DNA of 63,949 bases, filler included, from Kipferlia bialata (taxonomy: Eukaryota): NCBI GenBank assembly GCA_003568945.1. It is 6 parts of 6 records of this genome, joined end to end, with 100 filler letters (N's around TTAATTAATTAA, not from the genome) between each part and the next. Parts side by side here need not be neighbours in the genome. Positions count along the whole stretch, not along the records: positions 53,640 to 63,949 come from BDIP01001431.1; 5 more parts are not named here. One strand, 5' to 3'. Every line of letters starts with the position of its first letter. The stretch's first letter is position 1. Made by a program: the position numbers and the translations under genes. Shown here in pieces: positions 62,602 to 63,949 of this stretch. The notes beneath the pieces were generated by a model. The model was not told the origin of the DNA and did no database searches. It saw only the letters and a list, made by a program, of their open reading frames with translations.

Positions 62602-62932
62602 TCACACTCTCCAGAACCACAATCCATCCTGCATACCAGTGCAAATATAGTCCGGGCGAGGTCCCTGTCTCTCACTACTTACCTTTAGCATTGTATAGGA
62701 TCTTGTCAAAATTGGCCTTGGACTGCAGTCTCTCCAGCAGCGATACCACATCCTGTTTTATGGAGCGATTGATCTCCTCCAGTTGTGCCTTGGAATCACG
62801 CTTCCTTATCACGGCGATCTGGTAGGCGATGGATTGCTGTCGGATCCGATTAAACTCGTCCATCTCACCAATGGGCCGCTTTGCCCGTCCCTCTCCAGAG
62901 AACAGACCACAGAAACTGCCTCCAAGGGCTGC
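62602..62932 (-). CDS. Small hypothetical protein fragment (..MDEFNRIRQQSIAYQIAV..LYNAK|DGLWFWRV*)
   Basis: Open frame bounded by a catcag acceptor and a GTAAGT donor, plus a short terminal exon; start exon not located. Confidence 0.4.
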
Positions 62933-63770
62933 CTGATGGGTTTACGACGCTATGGAGGGTAAGAAGAGCAGAAATGCTGTGGTGGAAGGCTAGCCTACTC
63001 GAATTGTTACGTTTTTGTTCTGGTCTTGAGTCTCATTGTGAGTCACAACTTGTCCAGACTCTTCTAAGCCTACCTTTGTCATACCAGTGGCTCTCAATAG
63101 TCCATTGATTACGTCACACTCTCCATGGGTCTACCCAATCCTGGGAGCTATGCCAATTCCTCTCGCAAGCTGCTGAGCAGGGCTCTGACACAGGGTACTG
63201 TATCAGCCTATACGACAGACACACATTGATACAGCCCACAGTATCAATTGTGTTCAACATATTCCCTGACCACAGGAGAGGGTACCACATTGCGGCATGC
63301 ACTGACTGCGGTTGGAGTAAAGCTAGAGAGTCATGAGGTCTGTCTTTGTACTGAGTTCCATATCTCCTTTCTGTGTCCCACTCTTACCTCAGACGTCCAG
63401 TACCTGTGAAAGAGTCCTGGTCATTCTCAGCCAAGCACTGCTTCAGATCCATGGGGGTCTCTCAAGGGGCGCCGGACAGGATGGCCTGGACGCAGCGGGT
63501 AAGTTCCCCTAGCTGTGTCAATGAACAGCATATGTCTTGTTTCTACTTGATATACTGTGCCACTAGTCTCTCTTGGTCAGGCTGCGGCTATTGAGACACG
63601 GAAGTTATTCTGATACAGCTAACCCATATCCTGAATTGATTGAGACTCTTTCTCTCATTCCCTATCCACTGACCTCCTAGTAGCAGCGAATGTGCTGCGA
63701 GCCTGGGCTAATGACCAGCCTGCAGAGTCTGCCCTGTACGAGTCAGACACCCCTCCAGGGGCCAGTGGAG

Positions 63771-63824
63771 GACAGGATGGGTGCAGACAGGATGGGTGCA
63801 GACAGGATGGGTGCAGACAGGATG
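63771..63824 (+). repeat. 15-bp tandem repeat gacaggatgggtgca x3.6
   Basis: Perfect copies seen directly. Confidence 0.9.
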
Positions 63825-63854
63825 CGGTGGGTATGGCCCTGGGGTCGGTGCTGC

Positions 63855-63948
63855 CAAGGTGAGAGGCTGGAGAGTCCTCTTGTGTCTCTCTGCCTTGACT
63901 AATCTCCAGGCTGCCACTAGTGGGCCAGAAGGCCCTTCTGTGTGCCCT
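63855..63948 (+). repeat. Dispersed repeat or paralog fragment, inverted partner of 53643-53713
   Basis: caag|gtgagaggctggagagt ... cag|gctgccactagtgggccagaaggcccttctgtgt shared, with a ~21-nt indel. Confidence 0.8.
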
Positions 63949-63949
63949 C

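Overview
Eukaryotic, intron-rich protist DNA using the standard code, with GT-AG introns, (TA)n/(AG)n-rich introns and a branch point fused to the 3' splice site. The style suggests a free-living fornicate/metamonad such as Kipferlia; this is inference, not a database result. The window is not one locus: it is six unrelated ~10.6 kb scaffolds, sorted by size and joined by 100-nt N-TTAATTAATTAA-N spacers, so genes are truncated at the joins. Recognisable genes: CPSF100/CPSF2, an ARM-repeat protein, a RING-TRAF zinc finger-filamin-like-SPRY protein, SF3B2, CCT3, RPS17 and an SLC38/AVT-type amino-acid transporter with a very large charged loop, plus several hypothetical proteins. The main signal is that introns in four of the six scaffolds are packed with partial copies of the neighbouring exon. 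Acceptor+5'-half copies lie upstream of the intact exon and 3'-half+donor copies lie downstream, with breakpoints that often coincide. The copies differ from the intact exon almost only at synonymous sites (including Ser TCN<->AGY switches) and keep functional-looking splice signals. Neutral duplicates should not look like this; it points to a possibly undescribed exon replacement/turnover (or half-exon usage) process, pending long-read and RNA-seq checks.
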